Assembly: GCA_951406725.2 (NCBI GenBank)
Contig: OX597823.1
Location: 111,352,001-111,416,000, forward strand
From: Octopus vulgaris
Taxonomy: Eukaryota
Length of the DNA stretch: 64,000 nucleotides
Direction of reading: 5' to 3'
Positions 1-13,740 of the stretch are shown one piece after another. The first letter of the stretch is position 1. Every line of letters starts with the position of its first letter. The translations under genes were made by a program, and so were the position numbers. The notes under the pieces were generated by a model. That model saw only the letters and a program-made list of their open reading frames with translations. It was not told where the DNA came from and did not search any database.

Positions 1-32
<32 letters not shown>

Positions 33-177
33 AGAACGGATGTTAAACGATGATGATGATGATGATGATGATGATATATATATACATAGATAGATAGATG
101 TGTATGTATTTATGTCCATGTAATATGAATGTATGTATATATGTATGTATGTCTATGTAATATATATATATATATTT

Positions 178-225
<48 letters not shown>

Positions 226-252
226 AGTATATATGTATATATATATATATAA

Positions 253-288
<36 letters not shown>

Positions 289-468
289 TAGATAGACAGA
301 TAGATATAGAAATAGATGTATATTTATATACATATATATACAGATATGTGTGTGTCTTTGTGCTTGTGTTCATCCCCCACCTCCGCTTGGTAACTGGAGT
401 TGATGTGTTTACATCTCCATAACATGTGTGTATATACACACACACACACTCACAAACATATTTATGTG

Positions 469-640
469 CTCGGTGGTTGGTGTTAGGAAGGGCATCCAGC
501 CTTAGAAATCCTGCCAAAACACAGAGGTCTGGTGCAGGCTTTTGCCTGGCTAGCTCCTGTTAAACCGTCCAACCCATGCTAGCATGGAAGGCAGACGTTA
601 AACATGATGATGATGATGATGATGATGATGTTGATGATGA
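469..640 (+). mobile_element. SINE family C (RTE-type bipartite body, tail ccaacccatgctagcatggaa..gacgttaaa(GAT)n)
   Basis: Body ggttggtgttaggaagggcatccagc and the (GAT)n tail recur at 9432, 31402, 34097, 37763, 53086 and 57644. Confidence 0.8.
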
Positions 641-657
641 TATATGTATGTGTGTAT

Positions 658-1223
<566 letters not shown>

Positions 1224-1270
1224 AAAAATATATATATAATATATATATAATATATATATATATGTATATG

Positions 1271-1303
<33 letters not shown>

Positions 1304-1403
1304 ATATAGACACATATATACACATCTGTATACACACACACATATATATATATACATATAAATATACATATATATATATGTGTATACACACACACACACA
1401 TAG

Positions 1404-1443
<40 letters not shown>

Positions 1444-1862
1444 ACATACATACACACATGCAGAGAAGGTGTAAGATAGAAAAGGCAGGGTACCGGCAGC
1501 CATCACTCACAACAAGGTATAACCTGCTAACTCATACCATGCTTTCGCTAATTCTTTTACCTCTCTATGTAAGCAGAAGCAGATAGGACCCTCTTTGCTC
1601 CCTCACTCTTGACCAAGCAGGCGATCCAGTATATGGGAGTTAGAAAGGAAAAGGACTTCAGCAGCACCCAGCTGGTGCCCATCACGTCTGAATAAATTGT
1701 TGCCATGTGCAGGAATTGAACTCACAGCATTATGATCATGAGCTGAATACATTTCTAGCCACTGGGCCACCTATTTACACAAATGTAAATGTGTACATGA
1801 TCACCACCACCACCACCACCACCATCAACACCAACACCACCACCAACACCACCACCACCTCC

Positions 1863-2082
1863 AGGCAGAGACGTTAGCATGCCGGGTGGAGTGCTTTGCG
1901 ATATTTTGCCTATCGCTGTGTTCTGGGTTCAAATTCCGCTGAGGTCGACTTTGCTTTTCATCCTTTCGGGGTCGATAAATTAAGTACCAGTTACGCACTG
2001 GGGTCGATGTAATCAACTTAATCCGTTTGTCTGTCCTTGTTTGTCCCCTCTATGTTTAGCCCCTTGTGGGTAATAAAGAAAC
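1863..2082 (+). mobile_element. tRNA-derived SINE family B, tail type 1
   Basis: B box gggttcaaattcc, core gaggtcgactttgc.tttcatcctttcggggtcgataaattaagtaccag (resembles the Deu/Nin SINE domain as recalled), tail tagccccttgtgggtaataaagaaa. Confidence 0.9.
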
Positions 2083-2104
2083 ATATATTATTGGCCCTAA
2101 AAGG

Positions 2105-2704
2105 TGACCCCACTGGCATTTGAACTCAGAATGCCAAGTTGGAAGAAATGCTGCTCAGCATTCTTTCTTGTGTGGTAATGATTCTGCCAGCTCGCTGCCC
2201 TGTCATAATAATAATAATTCTTTCAATTAAATGTAGAATGCCTGAAATTTGTGGGGAAGTGACTAGTCAATTACATTAACCCCTGAGTTTCACTGGTATC
2301 AGCCCCAAAAGAATGAAAGGCAAAATTGACCTCTGAGGAATTTGAACTCACAACATGGTGATAGGCTAAGCATTTCGTCCAGTGTGCTGATGATTCTGCC
2401 AGCTCATGGCCTTAACCATAATAATAATAATCCTTTCTACTATAGGCACAAGGTCTGAAATTTGGTGGGAGGGGGTTAAATCGATTATATTCACCCCAGT
2501 ATTCAACTGGTACTTAATTCATCGACTACAAAAGGATGAAAGGAAAAGTTGACCTCGGTGGAATTTGAACTCACAAAGTAGCGGTGGACGAAATACCACT
2601 AAGCATCTCATCCAGCATGCTAACTTGAGTGCCACCTTATCGACTTAGTAACAACAACAACAACAACAATAATAATAACGATGATAGTAATAATAATAAT
2701 GATG

Positions 2705-2768
<64 letters not shown>

Positions 2769-3136
2769 TAATGATAATAATAATAATGCCTGGTGTACCC
2801 TTATCAGACAGGTAGTCATGATGGGTATATTGGGCTTTGTATATTTTACCCCAGTGTCACTTTGATGGCATGCACTGCTCTCTCACTCAATAATAATAAT
2901 AATGATAATGATAATAATAATAATAGTTCTTTCTACTGGAAGCCCAAGGCCTTAAATTTGGGGGAAGCAATTAAGTTGATTACATCTACCCCAGTGTGTA
3001 ACTGGTACTTGTTTAATCACTCCCCAAAGGATTAAAGGTAAAGTCGACCCCAGCGGAATTTGAAATCAGAATGTAACAGCAGATGGAATACCGCTAAGCA
3101 TTTCACCCAGCACGCCGATGGTCCTGCCAGCTCACT
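2105..3136 (-). mobile_element. Head-to-tail cluster of four SINE B copies (tail type 2 where the tail is retained) separated by (AAT)n
   Basis: Reverse-strand B cores at about 2105-2200, 2217-2412, 2430-2630 and 2927-3136; tail 2 reads ttctactataggcacaaggtctgaaattt on the + strand. Confidence 0.8.
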
Positions 3137-3148
3137 GCATGCATGATG

Positions 3149-3234
<86 letters not shown>

Positions 3235-3254
3235 TATAATAATAATAATAATAA

Positions 3255-3285
<31 letters not shown>

Positions 3286-3500
3286 AATTACTATTATTGT
3301 CATGGTGTAGGTTATGCTGATAGTGATAATGCTAGTGATGATGATTGTCATGGTGATGACAATAATGCAACCAATGATGATGATGTTGATGATGATGAAA
3401 ATGACAAGGCCAACAGGCAATGACAATGATGATGGTGGTGGTGGTGGTGATTGCAAGGACTGTGGTGATGAGGATGATGATGGTGATGATAGTGATTAAA
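2650..3500. repeat. (AAC)n/(AAT)n/(AAG)n/(GAT)n compound trinucleotide microsatellites
   Basis: Directly visible; (AAT)n at 2668-2787 and 3148-3257. Confidence 0.95.
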
Positions 3501-3509
3501 GAAATGTAT

Positions 3510-4188
3510 ATAGAGAGGAAGAGTAAGAGTAGTAAGGTCAAAGTGAGAGAAAGAGAGAAGTATAAAGAGAGAGGAGAGAGAGCAAAAGTGATTAGTGATG
3601 GAGTGAGGTAAAAAAATTGAGAGAGGAGCTAAAAAGGGAAAGTGTAGTGAAGAGAGAGGAAGAGAGGGAGGAAAATAGAGAGGGGGTGAGAAAATGCAGT
3701 GAGAGAGAGAGTGAGTGAGAGACTAAGGAGGGAAAGAAGAGATCGAGAGGGGGAGAGAAAAAGGCACAGAGAGAGAGTGAGTGTGAGTGAGAGACTAAAG
3801 AGGGAAAGAAGAGATCGAGAGGGGTTAGAGAGGGGGAGAGAAAAAGGCAGAGAGAGAGAGTGAGTGAGAGACTAAAGAGGGAGAGAGAGAGGAAGGGAAT
3901 ATAAAAAATATGGATGCTGCAGCCGATGAGCTGCTGCTGGCCCCCTCCACCTTCCATTCATTTTTCCTCTCCACCCATTCTATTGCCTCCTCTTACTGCT
4001 ACTCATTCTAATAATTCTTCGGTTTCCTCATTCTCTTCTTCATCTTTCACAGCCTCCCACCTCCCCACTCAACTTACCCCCTCACCATCTCCATTCTAAA
4101 CAACGACCACCACTCATCCATCCCCTCCTCTTCTTCCTTCACCTCCTCCTCCTCCTCCTTCACCTCAACATCATCATCATCACCATCA

Positions 4189-4219
<31 letters not shown>

Positions 4220-4803
4220 CATCATCATCATCATCATCAACATCATCTTCATCATCATTACCTTTCTCTTAGTTTCTCTTCCTAATTTGTTTTTTTCTCT
4301 ACTCCTCTCTGTAATCTCTCTCTCTCTCTCTCTCTTCTCCCTGTCTCTCTTGCTCTTACCTCTTCCTTCCATCCCTCTTCCTTCTACCCTACTACTATCC
4401 CAGGCTCTCTCGCACCTTCATTTTCCTCCCCTTCCTTGCCGTTCTGTTGCCTCCTCTGCCTCCTCCTCCACAAAATACAACTACCTCCCACTGCCACAGT
4501 GCAGTTCTCTTCATTGTATGATCTTTGTTTCTCCTCCTCCTTCTCCTCTTCCTCCTCTCTCTCCTTTTCCTCCCTCTCCTCTTACTCCTTCTCATTCACT
4601 TCAGCCTCCTCCTTCTTCTCTCTATCCACTCTCACTCCTCCTCATTTGTTCCCTTCCCCCACACCATTTAACCCTCTTCCGCCTCCTCTCATCTTCCTGC
4701 CTGCTCTCTTCTCATAAATGGGTTTTTTTTTCATTTTCCACTTCCTCCCACCCTTTACTACAGCTTCCTTCCTCTCCCACCATCCTCACACTTCTACTAC
4801 TAT

Positions 4804-4839
<36 letters not shown>

Positions 4840-5075
4840 CACTACTACTATCTGTTTTTTTTTATGAAGCTTTTTATGCACACTTCTCCCCTACCCCCGC
4901 TGTAGCTCTTCCTCCCACCTTCCCTCTCACTTCATTCCCCATCCCACCACTCCTCACACATATTCCTACTTCCTTCTCTTCCTCCATGTCCTCTTTCTCC
5001 TCCTCCAGTGTCCAGTCACTACCACTCCTCCTCCTATGCCTTATGATTACATCATTTTATGTATTTTTCCTGTTG
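3510..5075. repeat. GA-rich then CT-rich low-complexity domain, including about 3 copies of a ~63-bp GA-rich unit (3675-3880)
   Basis: Repeated gagtgagagactaa(g/a)gagggaaagaagagatcgagagggg; purine/pyrimidine switch near 3900-3950. Confidence 0.85.
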
Positions 5076-5126
5076 TAGTGGTGGTGGTGGTGATAAGGGT
5101 GGTTGTAGGCATATAATTTCTTTTAA

Positions 5127-5352
5127 TGTTGTTGTTGTTTAACCCCAAGTCCAGCATGCACTGATTGAGCAGAACTATAATCAAAGACATTCCAGCCTTG
5201 ACTATCCTGTCTGATTTTTCTTATGTGTTTCTGAGTGCATCCTAGACTATATTCTTTCAATCTGTCTGTCCATTTTTTAAAAATATAGATAAGAGGGATA
5301 TTTAGCTGCTACAAAGAGCAGATTGCTTGAGTGGCCTCATAAAGGACCCCTT
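5127..5352 (-). mobile_element. Interspersed repeat family E (SINE-like, (AAC)n tail), degenerate; second copy at about 5694-5835
   Basis: Reverse complement of 11848-12046 (gacctggggctaaacaa tail, atgatcaaa motif, gcagccaaat head). Confidence 0.55.
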
Positions 5353-5602
5353 TCTTTTACTTGGTGCTTTTATTGGTGTGTATGTACAACTGTATTTATG
5401 TGTGTGTGTGTGTGTGTGTGCATGTGTGTGTATGTAAGAATGTAAGCATATTTGGGGTTGGGAAAATATGTATATGCCCGTGTATGCGTGTGTGTATATA
5501 TGTATGAGTATTTATAAGAACATGTGCATGTATGTTTTTGTATCTGTGTGTTTGTTTGTGTAGTAACATATCTGAATATCTGTTATATGTTTATGTGTGT
5601 GT

Positions 5603-5647
<45 letters not shown>

Positions 5648-6069
5648 CAAGACGATAGAATGAGTGTAAGGAAGAAATGGAAAGTGAGAGGTTATTGTTT
5701 AATCTCAGGTCAGTCCCAAGTAACCAGAATTATGATCAAAAGCATTCCATCCATGACCGTCCCATTATTTTCTGTCCAGATACATATATATATGGAAGGC
5801 TAGAGTTATTCAGCATTATCCAACATGCCCTTTCAATAGCACAGTGTATTATGGGGGGTAAGGGGCAGCTAATTCGGTTGAACAATAATGTAGGGGGCCA
5901 CTATCCTTGCAAGTGTAGAAAGCAGATATCCTTACAACCATATCATATGAAGCATCCTGAATTTGCCTTACATCTAGTTATGGGTGGTATATACATGTGT
6001 GTGTGTGCATATGCATATGCATAAATATATATGTATCTATATATATGTACACACACACATACATATATA

Positions 6070-6277
6070 TGAGGGTATGCTGAAAAGTTCCTTGTATCAT
6101 GAAAGGCCTGATTGGAGGCCCAACCTTCTGAGTCCTTTTTACAGGGCTTAGAAAAACTGGAGGACTGCTGCAATCAGTGTGTGAATCTGAGAGGGGAATA
6201 CATTGAATAAAGTTATAATCAGCTAATCCTTCTGTATTTTCTTTTCCCCAAGCCAAGAACTTTTCAAGAACCACTTG
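6070..6277 (+). mobile_element. Mariner-derived MITE
   Basis: TIRs gagggtatgctgaaaagttcc / gaacttttcaagaaccacttg; internal LQGLEKLEDCCNQCVNLRGEYIE* matches the mariner transposase C-terminus (GI..L..RW.KC...G.Y.E). Confidence 0.85.
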
Positions 6278-6307
6278 TCTGTATATATATATACATATAT
6301 ACACACA

Positions 6308-6487
6308 TGAAAGGCCTGGTTGGAAGTCCAACCTTCTGAGTTCTTTTGCAGGGCTCAGAAAAACTGAAGGACCACTGTAGTAAGTGTTTAAGTCTGAGAG
6401 GGGAATATGTTTAAATAAAATCATAATCAACTGATCTTCCTGTATTTTCTTTTACTCAAAGCCAGGAACTTTTCAGTGCCCACCTTG
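6308..6487 (+). mobile_element. Mariner-derived MITE, 5'-truncated adjacent copy
   Basis: Same internal sequence as 6070-6277; right TIR ccaggaacttttcagtgcccaccttg followed by TA. Confidence 0.85.
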
Positions 6488-6609
6488 TATATGTTATATA
6501 TACAGGTCTTTGTCTTCGGAGTGAGTGGACAGGGTCAAGGGGTGGTTGTGTAACAATGTTACACAAGGGTTAAGGTGTAGATGACATCCCTCATGGTGAC
6601 ATTGTCCAC

Positions 6610-6980
6610 AGACAGGTATAAAAAGAAAACGAATATATATATATGTGTATATATGAATGTAGTTGTATATATGCACACATGTATATACGTGTGTGTTTGT
6701 GTTCACCTTCTGAATGAAGAGTCACAATGAAACAATTGATGAGCACTGCTCTTCATAAATATACAGAAAGGATGTTGAGCATGAAAGGACAGTCCTCCAG
6801 GGGAATGGAATCTATAATACAAAATGCAGTTGCCAGCCAGAGGAGATAGCGGGGAGAGGACATCTTCTACCTCTGGCATTCTAAGTAATTCTGGATCTGT
6901 TGATTCCTTTATTAACTCTAGAAGACTGTCTTTTTTTTTTATGCCAAAGTTCTTTGGCATAAAAGACAAGGTCTTTGCAA
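6610..6980 (+). repeat. Left arm of a long inverted duplication (partner 9679-10183)
   Basis: 6700-6927 is the reverse complement of about 9775-9981 with about 3 substitutions; flanking microsatellite-like DNA is duplicated too. Confidence 0.95.
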
Positions 6981-9400
6981 TCTCCCAGTGCAAACCATCA
7001 GACAGCAGTTATTCATGTCCCCACAAGATCTTACCTTTGACAACGCAGCCATCATATTTCCTGTTGAAAAAATTGTGTATGGTCCGTCTTACTGCTAGCA
7101 CATTCAATTGTGATGGTTTTATTAATCAGATCTTCTAGATAGCTAACTAGCACCTCATCTCGTCTATTTTTCTCTGTTACTAGCTCTTTACTAAAAGCTA
7201 CTGATTCTCACTTACCTTATGCAGGGTACCCAACCAACAATGAGTACCCTACCAACAGTTGTTAATGATTGGCTCTGTCAACTGCTGCATAACTTATTCA
7301 CTAATCCAGTCCCTATAATCTTTATGCACTAATAATAACACATGCAAATTCCAGTAGTTGTATCCCTGTCTATGGGTCCTATCTTAGTCAACAAAGCAGA
7401 TCAGAAATTCGTGGTTTCTGTACATAACCAGTTAAAATTGTAGACATCCAATACTATCCACTATCTGCTTGTCTCATACGTGTTCTAGATATGACCTAAA
7501 ATATCCACTGTAGCCGTTTCATGTCAACACTGGCACATCAAGGAATCCAGTTATCAGACAAATGAAAAATTTTTAAGAGGTTTTTAATATTATTGTGCTC
7601 CTTCTTATATGTACTAACCCCATGTAGTTCTGCAGGCATCTAAAATACATCTCCACTAATAGCAGCTGTTCCAAGCAAAGCTTCTGGACACCTGAAAAAA
7701 AAAACTGAATCAGCCAAACTTTGATGGAGCTTAAACTGTTACCTGGTTAACCGAACAAACAATCTTGTTTCCAAGCTGACCTGACCTATGTACATTGATA
7801 AATCCCAAAGTACAGCCATATTTGCCAGATTCAGTGGGGGGAAAAAAAGGTCGCTCACATTGATTTCGGAGAAGGCTGAGTGATTCCGTCCTCTTTTGGG
7901 TGGATGTTTCTTAAGTGGCTCTTCTCTTATTCTCTTGTCAGTTATTTTCCTAAAAATAATCCCCACGCTCGATGGGAAATTATTAAGAAGAGTTCTGAAA
8001 ACATCTGATGATGTCTTCATTTCTCATTATTCTTTGGGAGTTTTGAGAATGAAGTCCTGAAAATCCCTTACACCTTTGTCTTCATATTTTTTCATGTACA
8101 TTGACATGTGTTCCATCAAGTCACTGAGATTTTAATTTACAATGGTAAACATTGTGGAGTGTTTGTTTACATTGTTCCTTGTTCTGTTTGCAGCTTTTTC
8201 TCTTAGTGGTGATAATGGTATGATTAAGAATTTGGCTGTTGCTGTAGTAGTTTTGAATTTTATTCTTTCTGTTGTTCTTGATGTTATTTTGATGGTTATG
8301 CCAAGGGTTTGCTGATCGGTAAGTTTTTCACTCACATTCCAAATATTTTCTTGTGTGTATGTGTGCATGTGTGCATAAGTGCGCATGTGTATGTGTGTGC
8401 ATGTGTGTGTACGTGTGTGTATATTGGGGGTCATGGTCCCTTTTCTTATTCATTTTCATTATTTTGGGGGCCCCACTGATAATAGTTTACTGTGCCTTGG
8501 CTTGCTTCCCCTGCTCCCCATCCTTACCAAGAAATTACAGATTATGAAAACTGTCTATGGGTCCTATCTTAATCAACCAATCAGATCAGAAATTCAGGGT
8601 TTCTGTACATAACCAGTTAAAATTGTAGACATCCAATACTATCTGCTTATCTAATACGTGCTCTAGATATGACCTAAAATATCCACTGTTGCTGTTTCAT
8701 ATCAACACTGGCACATCAAGGAATCCAATTCAAATGCATTTTGCCACTTGTGACAGTGTTGATAGTAAATTCTTCAACTGTCTTGGCATTGGTTTCTTCC
8801 ATTAAATTTATCTTGGTGGTTCTTGTTGTTGCTCTCATTGTCATTTCAGTTAATGCTGTTGTTGTTACTGTGTCAGTAGCAAAGGAGCTTTTGGTTTCTT
8901 GACCCAAGAATAGAAAGCTTTCTGATGGTCAGTGTTTCCACATGAGCAGCTCCTAGGTCACTTGCATTCTGTCATAACTCTAACAGATTCCCCATTGTCT
9001 ACATACACAAGGTGGAAGATCCTATGAAAAATTTCAGGGGTGATTAGCACCAGCAACTCTGTTTTTAGCACAAACCTGTTCTTCTGGGTTGGATGTGGTG
9101 GGGGTGGTTGAGCTTAAAGTGATTATTTCACCAAATTCTTCTGATGCTATTGTAAAATATTTACATCCAATTCTGATGGTTTGTTTGAGAATGTCACCCT
9201 ATTTACATGTCTCTTCAGATAGGTTCATTTTAATATTTGTGGCTGTTGGCTTAGTCTTTATTTCCTTCATTGTCCTCTACTCCCACTTTCGCCACATGTC
9301 ATATCAAAGTGCAAAACAGCTTTCAAACACCTCTAGGTATGCCTTTGCTTGGATTATCCACATTCCTGGGCTCATTTTCTCTTTATTTATGCACTTATAG
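6981..9400 (-). pseudogene. Degraded L1/Tx1-clade non-LTR retrotransposon: ORF1 relic (about 9400-7900) and ORF2 APE endonuclease region (about 7900-6981)
   Basis: Minus-strand translations: VRVMTECK*PRSCSCGNTDHQKAF (ORF1 zinc-knuckle relic), FFRCPEALLGTAAISGDVF, NGYSGYFRSYLEHV, YRNHEFLIC, GYNYWNLHVLLL (G.WKLN.SLL motif after the endonuclease), FFNRKYDGCVVKGK; many stops and frameshifts. Confidence 0.75.
8551..8727 (+). repeat. Direct duplication of 7366-7549 (endonuclease segment) lying within the ORF1 relic
   Basis: ctgtctatgggtcctatctta...ggcacatcaaggaatcca occurs twice, about 90% identical, with a 7-bp indel. Confidence 0.95.
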
Positions 9401-9431
9401 ATCAGGGTTTTTCTTCTTTTTTTTTTTTTTT

Positions 9432-9566
9432 TGAAGGGCATCAAGCTGTAGAAACTCTGCCAGATCAGATTGGAGCCTGGTGCAGCCATCTGGTTTGCCA
9501 GTCCTCAGTCAAATTGTCCAACCCATGCTAACATGGAAAGCGGACGTTAAACAATGATGATGATGG
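9432..9566 (+). mobile_element. SINE family C, 5'-truncated
   Basis: gaagggcatcaagctgtagaaactctgccagatcagattggagcctggtgcagcc...ggacgttaaacaatgatgatgatg. Confidence 0.85.
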
Positions 9567-9678
9567 TAAGGCTGGAAAATTTGGTCTTACCAAACATTGT
9601 TGATTTTCTTTACCAAATTTGCTGCCAAGAGTATACTCTACTCATTATTATTATATAGCATTTGCAAAGAGCTTGTCT

Positions 9679-9997
9679 TTGCAAAGAGCTTGTCTTTTAT
9701 GCCAAAGAGCTTTGGCATAAAATAAATAACAGTGTAGAGGGGAAATGAAACAAGACTTTCCAATAAAAAAAAAAGTCTCCTAGAGTTAATAAAGGAATCA
9801 ACAGATCCAGAATTACTTAGAATGCCAGAGGTAGAAGATGTCCTCTCCCCGCTATCTCCTCTGGCTGGCAACTGCATTTTGTATTATAGATTCCATTCCC
9901 CTGGAGGACTGTCCTTTCATGCTCAGCATCCTTTCTGTATATTTATGAAGAGCAGTGCTCATCAATTGTTTCATTGTGAATCTTCATTCAGAAGGTG

Positions 9998-10095
<98 letters not shown>

Positions 10096-10183
10096 CACAC
10101 ACACATATATACATGTGTGCATATATGCAAATACATTCATATATACACATATATATATATTCGTTTTCTTCTTATACCTGTCT
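9679..10183 (-). repeat. Right arm of the inverted duplication; probable LINE ORF2 C-terminus and 3'UTR with stem-loop
   Basis: Reverse complement of 6610-6980 with about 47 extra bp and an expanded (CA)n; contains hairpin ttttatgccaaag-NN-ctttggcataaaa. Confidence 0.9.
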
Positions 10184-10557
10184 TCCATGCCTGCATGGGT
10201 TCAAAGAATATATTACCGAAGCATTGTTTTATAGCCAAAAGTCCTTCCAGAAACTATCACAAACCTGTTTCATTCCACATGTCTCCCTCTCTACTATACT
10301 TTAAAACAGTCAAAGAGGCCTATTTTCAGTCTTGCGAGTTACATGGCATCCTTACTAGTGTTGGTACCAAGTAAAAGCACCATGTAAAATGAAAGGTGCT
10401 AGGAAGGGCAACCAGCTATAGAAACCACGGCAAAGTAGACATTGGGGTTCAGTGCAGTCCTTCAGCTGCTCAAGTCCTGTCAAACCAACCAATGTATTCC
10501 AGGCACTGCTGCTGCTGCTGCTACTGCTGCTGCTGATAATGCTGCTGTTGTTGACAA

Positions 10558-10689
<132 letters not shown>

Positions 10690-11847
10690 GATATATATGT
10701 ATATATATGTGTGTGTGTGTGTGTATGAAACTATAAACTATATATCACACCACATGTATGTATGTATGTGGAATGATATATTATAGTTTTACAGTTACAT
10801 TCTTATAAATTCTGTGCTTAAATTCTTTCTGGGCATATTGTGCAATTTCATACAGGTATCAGTAATATATTGGGGTTGATTTATTGCACTCTACCATCTC
10901 TGTGGCTATAAAACGTTGGTCATTATCTTTGGACATAGAAATCAATAAAACATTTTATCTTGCTTCTTTTTTTATATTGGCTTCATTTATTTGTCTTTTT
11001 TTGCGCTTTTAGTTTTGTTTATATTATTTTTACCAGCTTTCTCTTCTTTCTCGTCTTCTCTTCTTCCTCTCTTTTTCACTCCTTCTCCTCCTCTTCCCTT
11101 TTTTTTCCCTTCTTCTTACTTCTCTGTTTTTCCTTGCTTCTCTCTCTTTCCCTCTCTCTGTCTCTTATCCTCTCTATCCAATGTGTCTCTCACCAATCAA
11201 CCATCATGTCCAGCAACATCATTCCTCTTGCCCCATCCACAACAATCTTGACCGCACACTGCTGCAACCAACCAATATTGCGACCAACACCACCACCACC
11301 ACCACCACCACTACCACCTCTGCCATCGCAGTCAGAACTAGCCTCACCATCCCACGCTATTACCAAAACTACAGCTAGTATCACCACCACTACTACCGCC
11401 AAAACTAGCATCAACACCACAATTGACACCACGGCCAGAATTGGCATCACTACCACTGTTACCAGTGCAAACAGGATCACCACTCTATGCTACCACCAAA
11501 ACTACAACCATCCCTACCACTACCTCTCATCCTTTTCGATCACCATTATAACCACCATCACTACCACCCCAACAATAATCAACAATGCAACCACCACCAC
11601 TACCACTACCGCCACACCACCACCACAACCACCACACTCACTATCATTACCATTACTTCAACAAGAACTGTAACTCACACTACTATTACCTCCACCACAA
11701 CAAAAACTACCACCACCACCATTACGATCACAGCCACCATTAACATCATCATCACTACCACCTCTACCACCACTACCACCTCTACTGCTGCTATCACCAC
11801 TCACCACCTTCACACTATTACCACACTGCTGCTACCATCACTACCAT

Positions 11848-12046
11848 CCCCTATGTGGTTACTCGGCCTGTAGAGGTAGCAGCCAAATCTGCATGAAATA
11901 AGACCCTAAGTCTCTTTAGAAAGGAGCACATTACATTATATAGTCCAAAACAGCCTTAAAAAAAAAGATAGGATGCTTATGGTTATAATACTTTTGATCA
12001 TAAGTTCTGCAGGATCTGTGTTGACCTGGGGCTAAACAAGACAAAC
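11848..12046 (+). mobile_element. Interspersed repeat family E (SINE-like)
   Basis: ccctatgtggttactcggcctg...gcagccaaatc head and gacctggggctaaacaa end; related copies at 5127, 5694 and about 38100. Confidence 0.6.
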
Positions 12047-12314
12047 TCCGTCAACACCATCACAGATTTATTAAATTATTTTTTTGAGATCTCCACCCCT
12101 TACTATTAGTCCATCCTCTTCCTTTCACCCAGATACTCCTCATCCTTTTGCTCATCCTCTCCTCTTCCTTTTCCTCATCTTCTCCTCTTCCTTTCCCTAA
12201 AATTCAGTTCTCCTTTTTCTTTCCCTTCTACTCATATTTTTACTCACCTTCATCTTTTCCTATATGCCTTTTATTCTCACTTACCCTTATTTCTGGGAGA
12301 GCATTTTAAAGCTT

Positions 12315-12360
<46 letters not shown>

Positions 12361-12701
12361 CTCTCTATCTTTATGATTTCTATCCACACATGTGTGTGTG
12401 TGTGTGTATGTTTGAAGTTGCATGCATCTCTCTATATGCATCCAGTAAAAATCCCGACCGTTTTTCTCTCTCTCAGTCTCTCTCTCTCCTTTTCTCTCTC
12501 TCGGTCTCTCTCTCTCCTTTTCTCTCCCTCCAACATATACACTCATATACACATCACACATATGCACATAGTTATGTATTATACTCTTACCATTTCTCTC
12601 TTGTTCTCTCTCTCTCTCTCTCTCTCTCTATACATATATATATATATATATGTATTATATATATGTACATATATATGTATATATATGTATATATATGTAT
12701 A

Positions 12702-12745
<44 letters not shown>

Positions 12746-12819
12746 CACACACACACATATATATATACATATATATACACACACATATATATATATATAT
12801 TATGTGTGTGTGTTGTATA

Positions 12820-12949
<130 letters not shown>

Positions 12950-13416
12950 CGTGTGTGTGTATCAAAACTTCCTAATTCTCTCAGACTTCTGCTCTCTTTC
13001 TATGTCCCTTTCTTCCCCCTCTTGCCTTCCTCTCACAAATCCATATACTTTTTCTTTTTTTTACCTCACCCTTCAACTATTCCCTCTTTCGCAATCCTCA
13101 TACTACTGCTCCAAGTTACTATGTGCTCAGTAAGATGGTGGAATATGAGAAAAAATATGATAAAAAATAATGAGGAATGGCTTGAGGAAAAAAAATGAAA
13201 GAGTAGTAAAGTGGATAGGAGGGGGTAAGAGAAAGATGTGGCAGAGGGAAGAGTGAGTGAGCAAGAAAGAGAGAGAGGGGGAGAAAGAGAGAGAGTGACA
13301 GACAGACATACAGAGTGAGTGGAAAAGAGAAAGAGAGGGACAGTAAGATATATAGAGTGAAAAATTTAGAAAGTGTAGGAGAGACAGGTGTAGAGAATAT
13401 AAGGAGAAAGAAAGAA

Positions 13417-13740
<324 letters not shown>

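Noticed and set aside
6703-6993. Protein-looking ORF (LLELIKESTDPELLRMPEVEDVLSPLSP)
   Set aside because: It lies in the duplicated arm and spans the arm junction; the opposite strand looks more like a decayed LINE ORF2 end and UTR; no splice support.
7400-7455. ILTGYVQKPRISD resembling a piggyBac transposase motif
   Set aside because: Another frame gives a continuous series of L1/Tx1 endonuclease motifs, which explains the region better.
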